From Tubiluchus corallicola (lineage: Eukaryota; Animalia; Priapulida), in the NCBI GenBank assembly GCA_030141605.1, contig JAQGDQ010000001.1, positions 868,001-932,000 on the forward strand: a stretch of 64,000 nt of DNA, in the 5' to 3' direction. Below the pieces are notes generated by a model. It did not search any database and was not told the origin of the DNA. It saw nothing but the letters and a program-made list of their open reading frames with translations. The number at the start of each line of letters is the position of its first letter. Position 1 is the stretch's first letter. A program made the translations under genes and the position numbers. This document shows, one piece after another, positions 13,220 to 25,200 of this stretch.

Positions 13220-16200
13220 GTGGAAAAGATATGTTCATGTATTTTGCATTTCTTAAGTTTTTCATTACCATTAAGTTGTCGCTAGTGAATTATCTAGCAT
13301 AAGCAATATAATTAAGTATAATTAACTTACAATGGTCCACCTCGAAACTTAAGAATGCGAAGTCTCCACTTAACATATTCAAGTCGTAAGCATTGAGCAT
13401 AATTTCCCTGACGTCTCCTCTTGAGGCACAAATAAGGATAACTGAGAAAAAACAAAAAAGGTGGGAATTTGAAATCATTGTTGCAATGTTACATATTAAT
13501 GATATTTTCAAATTAAAAATCATTTAACCGGAAATTAAAGGAAAACCAGCTCTTGAACAACATTCATTGTATTTTAATGCACAGAACTATTGGAATTATC
13601 ACATAATTATACGCATAAAACACCTTGCCTAAAAATGCAAAAGAAATTTATATCATTTCTATCAGGCCAAACGAATTTCAGTACCGCATATTTGAAATAA
13701 GCTGGTGGACAGCACGACGGCACGCGTAACAAAACTTCTGCAGTTCACTCAGAAATTCTGTTACGTTAGCTGATTAAGTTTTGTATTTGTTCCTTCAACA
13801 AAAAACATACATTTACAGAATAACTGCACAAATATAAAATCATAATTAATACATGTATAAAAAGACAGTTTGTTGAATGGAGAAGGGCACCAAGGCTAGA
13901 AGCTCTTACGATCGCCTTAAAGTTATTAGGCGTGACTAAATTTACAAAAGTTCATTAAATTAATTTATTTAAATTTTGAACCAAACACTTTCACAGAGTT
14001 AGCATCTACCATTTCTTCTGGCAAAAAGTTACAAATTTGAATGACTCTGTTCGAAAAGGAAAATTTAAATACATTCAGAGTACAATAAATTTATGCAATT
14101 TATAACCGTGGCCTCTAAGGCCTGTCCGCGGTGCATATTAAAAGTCATCAAAATTTAAATCAACACATATGATAATGTATTTTATACACTATTTTCAAAT
14201 GAAAACACTATCTTCTAAATTCTGCAGAAGTTGTAAATGCAGTGCTGTTAACCGGTTTATCTAACACGTTAAATTTATGTTACATTCAAAACACAAGCGC
14301 CTTGTGAACTCGTTCAATAATTTCAATTAAAGTTTTTTCCATAAGGATTCCATACAGGGGATTATATTCAAGCAATTGTCGCACATACGACTTATATGCC
14401 ATGATCAGAGTTAGGGATTTTAGTTTTAAGACAGCGAAAAAGCATGTTCAGAATTTTATAGGCTTTTGCAGCCTGTTCCTTACAGTACTCACCAAATTTC
14501 AAATTACAACAAATGGTAACGCCATGTCGCGAAAGTCAACACTTTCTTTTAATCTACTATTGCATAAATACTGGTGTTGCGAGTTCTGATATCCAATATG
14601 TACAACTGAGCACCTGTGAGCGGCGATTTTGAATTATCAATGTCCGCCGAGTTTTTAAGAACTGGAAAAGCCTTTCCATAATTCTGGAAGATCATTGACA
14701 TGTATCAAAAAAGGTCAACGCTCGGACAAACATCCGAATTGTGCGTCAGATTACCCTGAAATACTCAGAAAAATCTTTTCCCATTGGTACTCTTTATGTT
14801 CGATTGGACAAGAAAGGCAAAATCCGCTCTAACAGATCTTCGATATTCCGTAGGCTACTAGTTTACATATAAGTTTAGCTTTTGCAAAGTCTATGTAAAT
14901 GACATCAACAAATAGGCCGGATCTAAAAACGTATTCGACGTATTTACGCATTGCTGAGTGCAAGTAGATCTGCTGTTTTTTTAGAAAGCCATGTTGTGCT
15001 TTTTATATTAAGTTGTGGGAAGCCAGGTAATCAAGCAACTCATTTTTACACGGATTTCCATAACTTTACAGCAAATGCATGTAAGAGAAACGGGAGACGA
15101 TAATTGTTAGGTTTCGAGGGCTCGCCCTTTTTAAAATAGGAACAATATTAGCTGTTAATCACATAGTTTTTTTATAGTGGGTAAGCGATGAGTTTCCATT
15201 GGAACAGTAAACATGAAACTCAAAATTAAAGCTAAACTTCTTACTAGTTTCACAAATATGATGCTAGGGAAAGCGTCACGGGTGTGGCTGTTTTTTTGGT
15301 TTCAGTTTCTTCAGTGCAGAAAAAACTTAAATTTACTTAAAATTAAAGTCCACTGAAAATTTACCCTAGCTAAAAACATGGGAGGAAACCCTTCTTGTAA
15401 AACATGCGCCTTATTGTGTCATAATTCTCAGCGAAAACTTCAGCTGAAATTCAAGCTTTGAATAAATTATCTATAACAGCTGTTCCGTTGTAATTAAGCG
15501 GTACAACACCTAGTTTGTAATTCTTCCGCTGCGAATCAACAAATTTAAAAACTGCGTTTCTATCATTTCATTTGAATATTCAATTTTCTCTTGTACGAGC
15601 TAATTTAAAGGTAGCTTTAGATACAACTTTAGTACATTGACTGTATTCATCATATCCAAGACGCGTGTGTCTATGAAGAGTTAATTTTTTTCTTACGTTG
15701 CAGTGCTCTTCTGTGACACGCGCGCAGCGTTTTGTTGAACCTAATTTGTTTACAGGGAACAAGGTTGTTAACGCTTAAGTCCATTACATTACAAAAACTC
15801 GACCACACTTTTTCGATGGACTCGCGACTTTTAAAGCTGCCATAATTGTAAATCTTTGTGTTTAACTGTCTTTTTGTAATAATTGGTCACTGGATCAATT
15901 AACAATACATTTAAAGTGCTTACTTAGCCACACAATTTTGCCTCAAAATATGTAAGTACTACACATGATATAGTTACAAATAAGCATGGAATTCTGCTTG
16001 AATGCGCGTTCACAGTAGGTGCCGGGTGGATTACTTAGTTAGTTAGACTTTATTTTAGGTTCGTGAAAGTAATCATTCGATTACTTTGTCGGCGTTAACT
16101 AGGCGTGTTGGTGGTTATTACATTATCGTCCACTCCTAGTTTACGTTGGGCAAAGGTATTCATTAAAAAGCAAAAAAATATTGCAAAAACCTCTCGTTTA

Positions 16201-19200
16201 ACGTTTTGAATAGTCTATACTTCTTAATAGTTGCAAAAATGTTTACTTAAGCAGCTGGCGGGATGTTGTTATATTGCACTGTAACCAGAAGATGCCATTT
16301 TCGTTCCAGCGTGAAGTGAATGCGATTTTTTATTGATTTGATTTTACTAATAACACGAGATGCTTACCACGATTTTATTCTTGAAACATTAAAACATTTT
16401 TCTCAAGTATTAAAATAAGCTCAACTTCACGAGAGACTAGCCTTTTCCTTTAATTTTCTAGATTTGCTTTTTAAAGAAGTTGACGGTTTTTACATTTTCT
16501 TTTGCTGATTGCATTAGTAAGTAAGCGATTCTTATGCAGGGCCGTTGGTATGTGATTTATGTTGGTATGCTTCAAGGCGATTCTATAGATCTAAGGACTG
16601 CAAATAGTATAACACATAGTTTTCCTACATTTAACAGCTATTTTAATTGCTTACTACAGTTGCTGATATTATTTTAAAAAAGCTGAAAATTAAATGAAAC
16701 ATAATTTTGAATTTTAACAGAAATAATTTTGACAAAATTAATTTGGCAACGAACTTATAAAAATGCGTTTTATTTAACTGTAATGTTTACTATTGACGAT
16801 AATGTTCTTTTTGCCTACCAGTGAGGATGCGTACGCTTCATGTTTACTTTAAGCCCTCCTCTTAATTATCATTTTCATTAATTTTCATTAATATCAACTA
16901 ACGATATAGGACTGATGTTCGCATGCACGGTTTACATGTTATTTGCCAATCGATCGGCGTGTTATAGTAAATGAAACCATACACTTATTACAGTCATGGT
17001 TTACAGCTTTGCATACTGTGAAAATGCTGTGTAAATTAGTTTACAAAAGTTTTTGATGGAATTTGTCGTGAAATTCGAAAATGGCAAAACTAACGTTCAA
17101 TAAGGCCTGTAGACCATCGATTTACTATGGTTCGTCATATATTTATGGGCTAACTAGTTTGAACCAAGGAAGCTGGATCGAAGCAAAGGTCATTTATATA
17201 ACTTACAGCAAGTAAAACCCCACACGAAGAATAACATTCATAGGGGTATTATTGTTGTAGGGGTATTATTATCATAGGGGATTTACTGTTAAAAATCTTG
17301 CAATTAGAAAGAGAATTCAAATATTATAAGCACTGCAACTAAAATGGGTGTAAAATGCACTTATCCAACAACTTCAACCTCAGCGCTATCATAAGTTGAG
17401 GTTGCGAGCTAAGTTGTTTATACACTCCTTTTAGATGAGATTCTTATAGTAATTGCAATATATTTTCCTAAATGAAGGTTTTGGACAGTTTTCTACAAGA
17501 ACTTAACAATAGCTTGGTAACTAGAGCATGCAAACAGTATTTAACATCATTTACATTTGCATTTGCTTTCTGCAAAGCTATTCATCATCATTGTCCTCGT
17601 CTACATGCTCCTGAATGTCAGAATTATCTTCCTCTACTACGTAGTCGCCCATTTGAAGTTTTCAGGCAGGTGTGCAATTGATGCCGTTGATATCACACTG
17701 GCAGCTAGGCGGTCAACTTTCCTTGGAACACTTGCATGCTCGGGACTCTAATACTGCATCTGTAGTAGGGGATCTTTCATCTAGTCTATTTTTAGTTGGT
17801 CATCCCCTGTATTATTAGCTATACGTGGTAACCATATATGGCATTAGATGCTCATAAGAAGGCCGGCAATGACACAGTTGCTAAATTTACCTGTATGTGT
17901 AGACTTAGCAACTGTTAGGGACGGTTATACTTAAGCCAAATAAGTGCCCTGTAGCATTTTGGATATGATATGTCTGCTGTCATTTGCTTATTTACATTGA
18001 TCAATTTATGTTGTATAATTTTTGACTTACTTTGCCACTAGATGGCAGTTACTTTCTTATTCTGAGTTTTTATTTAAGCTAAGTGAAGGCTGATCCATGT
18101 TTAATTTAGTTAATGTGTGTAGCCCAAACCTTTATTTTCCTTTGTACCAACTAACTCCCTGTTAGTGATTGAATTACAGAATGGATGATCATTTAATGGA
18201 TGAATATTTAATACGTTGAAACCAAGATATACCTTTCCTCGTATAAACTTCACTTGTTTTGCACATCTGCGTGGAGATGTAATTTTAGATATGCCATGCA
18301 GATTGTGACAAACCATCTATTATTTACGATATTTTTGTTTACTTGTTTGTCACCTTTTCATTTCACAGTCAAGTTCTTTATAGTGATAGCGGTAGCACTT
18401 GCTAGTGTAATTTGCTTACATTAAATTAGTCACTATAGTAGTACTGTATTGTTAGCGTAATTAGTGTAGTAGTGTAGGAGTCCTACTAACACCCCCCTCG
18501 TCATGTGGTTGTGTTCTGCAATACCTGCAATACTCGCGGCTTATTTCAAATGTGTGAAACCCGTACAGGTATGAAGTGTACATGATACATACGTTACAGC
18601 TATAGTCTGAGACGTGCAACCAGGCAGTCAGTCGGCCGTTGTTGAAAGGCCTAGGTCACGTAAAATGACCATCGTCTGATTTTCACATGTCTGTGAAAAG
18701 ACAGTCAAAAATGTCGATTAGCATCGTCGGTGTTATAGTGCAGTAGACGTCACTATTTCTTTTGTCAACAGCCATTGCTTACAGTGCTAACGGGTCTATG
18801 TTGAGTACGTTGTTTTGGTTTGATGAGGTGGCTACCGTTACCGTCATTATCCGAGGAGTCGTGAAAACCTGCGCTAAAGTTTATGGTGGACAGTCCATTG
18901 TTGGTGGAGCAAACCATAGTGGTAAATCCATGGAGGTTACCCCACAGGTTAGCAGCTGCCGTTTCACACAATGTTCATGGAGTGTCTGGTAAGACAAGAC
19001 TTTTGTACTTTTGCTCAGCGTTTGCTAGCTAGCATAATTCCGTTTCTATATGGTCATCGTTGGATTGCCGTCATCGAGAGTGCGTCATCATTTGCACGTG
19101 CTACCCCCACTAACACCTCCCTTCTCTATTATTAGTCTAGAGAATATATTTGCTGTACTGTGATTAATTGTTATTGTTAACTATTTCTTTTCTCCGGGTT

Positions 19201-22200
19201 AAAGTAGTAATCAATTAAATTTTGTTATATACAGCTTAATAGTTGGTTTGGTATTCTATCTACCATCGAATATTACTAGCTAATTAAGACTCCTAGGCTC
19301 GGGTTCCGCGTGCCCCCGTATGAAACAACAATGCCTTAGCCCGACTCCAGGATTCTAATAGTAAATTATCTAACACTATAGAACCTCAGAACCACGTGTT
19401 ACACCTCGTTTATAGGGCGGTCGTGCCTGCTTTTCAAGACATTGAGACTCAGAGTACGTAAAGCGGGCATGCAATGGCTTAAAGCAGCGAATGCAGAATC
19501 CAAAGAGCAAATTGGAGATTTCTTCTTTCTTGAACAAGCATTGTCTAAGCTCCCAGAAGACATGGTTTCTTATCTTCGTAGGCTACCTCACATGTCATAC
19601 TTACAAATAGCGGAGCAAGCAGACAACTATTGGAGCTCATTTAATGATGCAGCAGTTTTGCAGAAAAATGAATCATCTAAAAGGACACGTGGCAATGCTA
19701 AAAACAATGATTCGGATCATGAATCACAGGGCAATGCTCGCCCTAAATGTTACCATTGTGGGAAAACAGGGCATGTGAAGCTCGACTGCCCAGTGAAAAA
19801 GCAAGAGTCCACACAAGCTTTTCAAAATGACTCAAACAAGAAGCAAAAACCTAGAGGTGATTTCAAGAAACAATGCTATAGTGAAAACGAAAGTGAGGGA
19901 ACCATTACTCCAAATTTCACACTTTCAAATACTCAAGATGGAGCATTACAAGAAAATCACGAGTTTGAGGTTATGATCAACAGTCGAATAGCAGTAGGCT
20001 TACGGGATACTGGCTCAGACGATAGCCTTATACGTCCTGAATTTGTAAAAAATGAACAGTATCTTGGAGAAACTGTTGGAATCCGCTGTTGTCATGGCGA
20101 CCTTCGTCGAATTCCTCTAGCTAGGGTCCCTGTTTGTAGTCACAAACTGAATGGTTGGCTCCTGGTAGCAGTTATTAAAGGACTCCCTTGCGACTTTTGT
20201 TTAGGTAATAATTACCTGACATCCATACAACCATTTGATTATGTAAAGAGTACTTCTCAACCTGCACAAGTTGCTCCTGAGAAACATCATATGAATGTTA
20301 ATAGTATGGATGAGACTTGTCATGTACCTTCTTTTGTTAAATTTGGCAAAGATGTACAGAAACCAAGTAGTAATGCCTTGACTGATTATAAAGGTCGAGC
20401 ACTAAATAACAGTTTTCAAAGAAATCAGAAAGAAAAGTCATTGGTTATGACACGAGCGCAAACAGTTGAGCTTAAAAAGCAACTAAGCAAAGAAACTGGT
20501 AGTGAAAAGTCAAAAACTGAATTTTCTTCCGAAATTAAGCAGTATGCATCACCAGAGGAAAACTACATGTTTGCCATAGTGTCTCGACACCAGCTGATAG
20601 AAGAACAGCAAAATGATGTAACCATAAAAAATCTTTTTGATCATGTGGTGAGTGAAGACACTGCGGTGCAAGATGGCAAAGGATATTTTCTAAAGCAAGG
20701 CATACTTTATCGGGCTAATAAACGAAAAATGGGGAAAACAGTTGATCAGTTGCTTGTTGTTCCTCAGTGTAGAAGGCAGCAAGTCCTACAACTAGCCCAT
20801 GATTCAAAGGCTGGAGCGCATCTAGGTGTCAAGAAAACAAGGGATAGGATATTGTTCGAATATACTTGGCCAGGAATACACACTGTCATTAAAAAGTATA
20901 TACAATCCTGCCCAATATGTCAAAAGACAGCAAGAGTCATGAAAGGAGACAGAGCCAAGCTCAAACCTCTTCCAGTAGTGGAAAAAGCTTTTCAGTCCCT
21001 CCAAATTGACCTTATTGGTCCACTGGCTAGAACCAAGAGTGGCAATAAGTGGGCACTGGTAATTGTGGATCAAGGTACCAGATACCCTGATGCTTTCCCT
21101 ATCAAAAATACTGAGTCAGAGACTATAGCCAAGTGCTTACTCCAATTTATTAGTAGACATGGATGCCCAGAGTCAATCCAGTCAGACCAAGGCACCCAAT
21201 TTTGTTCTAATCTCATAAGGCAACTAGAACAAGCTTTCCACATCAAAGGTATTACATCTACTCCATATAATCCTCAATCTCAAGGCTTATGTGAGCGATT
21301 CAATGGAAGTCTAAAAAGATCCATTAAAAAGCTTACCCTGAGTGACAAAACCATGGAATGGGATGATCTGATCCCATTTGTTTTGTTTGCTTACCGTGAG
21401 GTACCACAAGAATCCCTGCGGTACAGCCCATTTGAGTTGGTTTATGGACACCAAGTAACTGGTCCAATGGCTCTTCTTCGGAAACGTTGGGGTTGTGACC
21501 AACCTACTAGTCCCCAAGACATTGATGATTATGTTGCCAATATCATTGATAAATTAGAAACGGTAACTCAGGAGGCACACGAAGCTTTGAGAAAAGCTAA
21601 AATCGGACAAAAAGACTGGTATGACCAGAAAGCTAGGTACCGAAATCTTGAAGTAGGACAGAAGGTATTAGTCTTATTGCCTACATCTCGTAAAAAGATG
21701 GAACGAACCTGGAAAGGCCCGTATGAGATTGCTGATAAAATCTCAGAACATGTGTACTCCGTTATCATTGGAGGTAAAAGCAGACAGGTCAAGCAATTCC
21801 ATATTAATTTGCTCAAAGCTTGGATACCGCGTGAAGAAAGAAAAGCCCTTTATACGCAAACAATTCCCACACTTGACGTATTTACTGGTCAAGATGAATT
21901 GGAATTAGATCCTGAGCATGAAAGTGTGTCACCAATGCAACGGTCACAAATGGAAGACCACTGTTTTGCACCTACCTCTATTACACCTGCACAAACTGTG
22001 GAAGATGTAGTAATCCCTGATTACTTAACAGATAAGCAGAAGAATGAATTACGAACTACTCTGGAGAAGTTTACACCAACCTTTTCTGACATTCCTGGTA
22101 GGACAAACGTCGTAGAACATAAAATACAGTTAACTACTGACAATCCTGTTGTGCAGAAGCCATACAGAATTCCTCAGGCGCAAAAGGAAAGTGTGAGGCA

Positions 22201-25200
22201 AGAAATCATGGACATGGAAAGGCTGGGTGTAATAGTCAAGTCAGATAGTCCTTTTTCAAGTCCTGCAGTCATTGTGATCAAACGTGATCAATCGATTCGA
22301 TTTTGCATTGATTTTAGGAAAATTAATTCAATTACAGTTTTTGATCCTTATCCTATCCCCAGGATGGATGAAACAGTTGATCAATTGCATGGAGCAATGT
22401 TCATTACTTGCTTGGACATGACAAAATATTACTGGCAGGTTAATCTTGAGGAAAATTCGAGGCCAATCACGGCATTTGTAACAGAGTTTGGTAAACATGA
22501 GTTTCAAGTTATGCCCTTTGGGTTGTGTAATTCTGCAGCAACAGCTCAATGTCTGGTAGATCGTGTTTTAGAACCAGTAATTGGTTTTGCTTCTGGTTAC
22601 ATAGACGATGTTATCATTTTCAGTCGTTCTTGGCAAGATCATCTCTATCATATCGAGCTAGTTCTTACTTGTCTGTCTAATGCAGGTTTGACAATCAAAC
22701 CACTCAAGTGTAATTTCGCACTCCAAGAAACTCATTTCTTAGGCTATGTTGTTGGCAGAAATCTTTTGAAACCTCAGCCAGAGAAAATCCTCGCTATTCA
22801 GAACTATAAAAGACCAGAAACTAAAAAACAGGTCAGGTCATTTTTGGGTTTCGTAGGTTTCTATAGGCGTTTTATTCCTAATTTCTCTGCAATAGCAACA
22901 CCATTACATACTTTGACAGAAAAAGACAAACCAAACATTGTACTATGGAATGCAGAGTGTGAGCAGAGCTTTACTACACTCAAAGATGCATTAAACTCAA
23001 ATACAGTGTTACATGCACCAGATTTTGATAAGACTTTTTTCTTGACAACGGATGCTAGTGCAACAGGAATAGGCGGCCAACTTACACAAATGTCTGATGA
23101 TAGACAAGAGGTTCCAATCACTTATTTGAGTAGGAAGCTAACCAAATATGAATGTAACTACTCAACAGTAGAAAAAGAACTTTTGGCTATAATTTTCTCT
23201 ATTGAGAAATCGTCGTACTATCTTGTAGGTAGGCAGTTTGTGATTCGCACAGATGCACAATCATTAGCTTATTTAAAGCAGATGAAAAATGCCAATAGGC
23301 GAATAGCCAGATGGAATTTACTGCTACAAGAATACACTTTCACTGTAGTGCATATCAAAGGAAAAACAAATTATTGTGCAGACGCACTGAGTAGGCACTA
23401 AGTTCAAGTTGCCTTAGATGAAAATAAGATAGGAATGTGATTTCTTCCTAAATGACCTTGTTGTTTAAAGCATTTTATTTTATGCAATCATGTGTGACAA
23501 CATCTCTGAATGTGAATGATAGTATTCTTCAAATGTTGTATTCTTTTCATTATTTTAAATCAAATATCCAGTGTGCTTTAGTTTGTGTAAAATGTTCTTT
23601 TACAAGTGTGTTGAAGATCCATTTAAGTTTTGATATGCCATTTTTGTGTGACTGTATTATTTAGTAAAACTTTGTATTCAGTTAGTAACAGTCGTTACTT
23701 GCTAATTTTCACCATTGTAATGGTTGGTAGTTAAAATTGACTGTTCAATAATTTTAAAAGTGGGATTCTGTTCTTTAAACATTCGTCCACACTTTTTCAG
23801 TTGTGGGGGGATCTGTGACAAACCATCTATTATTTACGATATTTTTGTTTACTTGTTTGTCACCTTTTCATTTCACAGTCAAGTTCTTTATAGTGATAGC
23901 GGTAGCACTTGCTAGTGTAATTTGCTTACATTAAATTAGTCACTATAGTAGTACTGTATTGTTAGCGTAATTAGTGTAGTAGTGTAGGAGTCCTACTAAC
24001 ACCCCCCTCGTCATGTGGTTGTGTTCTGCAATACCTGCAATACTCACGGCTTATTTCAAATGTGTGAAACCCGTACAGGTATGAAGTGTACATGATACAT
24101 ACGTTACAGCTATAGTCTGAGACGTGCAACCAGGCAGTCAGTCGGCCGTTGTTGAAAGGCCTAGGTCACGTAAAATGACCATCGTCTGATTTTCACATGT
24201 CTGTGAAAAGACAGTCAAAATGTCGATTAGCATCGTCGGTGTTATAGTGCAGTAGACGTCACTATTTCTTTTGTCAACAGCCATTGCTTACAGTGCTAAC
24301 GGGTCTATGTTGAGTACGTTGTTTTGGTTTGATGAGGTGGCTACCGTTACCGTCATTATCCGAGGAGTCGTGAAAACCTGCGCTAAAGTTTATGGTGGAC
24401 AGTCCATTGTTGGTGGAGCAAACCATAGTGGTAAATCCATGGATGTTACCCCACAGGTTAGCAGCTGCCGTTTCACACAATGTTCATGGAGTGTCTGGTA
24501 AGACAAGACTTTTGTACTTTTGCTCAGCGTTTGCTAGCTAGCATAATTCCGTTTCTATATGGTCATCGTTGGATTGCCGTCATCGAGAGTGCGTCATCAT
24601 TTGCACGTGCTACCCCCACTAACACCTCCCTTCTCTATTATTAGTCTAGAGAATATATTTGCTGTACTGTGATTAATTGTTATTGTTAACTATTTCTTTT
24701 CTCCGGGTTAAAGTAGTAATCAATTAAATTTTGTTATATACAGCTTAATAGTTGGTTTGGTATTCTATCTACCATCGAATATTACTAGCTAATTAAGACT
24801 CCTAGGCTCGGGTTCCGCGTGCCCCCGTATGAAACAACAATGCCTTAGCCCGACTCCAGGATTCTAATAGTAAATTATCTAACACTATAGAACCCCAGAA
24901 CCACGTGTTACACCTCGTTTATAGGGCGGTCGTGCCTGCTTTTCAAGACATTGAGACTCAGAGTACGTAACCTATAGACATGGCGTCACACAGATACACC
25001 TTGACGTGTACACGTATAATGAGTGGAAGCCAGAACAGTGACCTAGAAAAGTTAGTTTAGGTAGAGAGCTGCTTACGTTTCATAAAATGAAGTGAATTAT
25101 GCTGGTAAAAATCACAGAAAAATGTATATGTTGTCATATTTCTGACTATTTTTAATGAGATGAAAAATGCATTTTTGCACTTTTGCAACTAATGGCCATA

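Larger units (their letters stand above)
18304..24990 (+). mobile_element. Ty3/Gypsy LTR retrotransposon, Gmr1-like (integrase before RT), internally deleted at the 5' LTR/PBS/gag junction
   Basis: Ends TGTGAC...GTCACA; 5-bp TSD CAGAT at 18299-18303 and 24991-24995; two near-identical LTRs; polypurine tract GTGGGGGGA just before the 3' LTR; single long ORF. Antisense within intron 1 of the cyclase gene. Confidence 0.95.

Noticed and set aside
13028-13285. ER- and SL-repeat ORFs
   Set aside because: (GA)n microsatellite translations; the same applies to poly-T/N/L/V ORFs at 46521-46746.
18762-18992. Identical short ORFs here and at 24271-24501
   Set aside because: They lie inside the two LTRs; duplication reflects the LTRs, not coding constraint.
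19442-19468. TTG start of the 1319-aa ORF
   Set aside because: It lies in LTR sequence joined by the deletion; the first ATG is at 19469.
23402-23813. Possible env or extra ORF after pol
   Set aside because: Only short AT-rich ORFs without signal peptide or fusion motifs.
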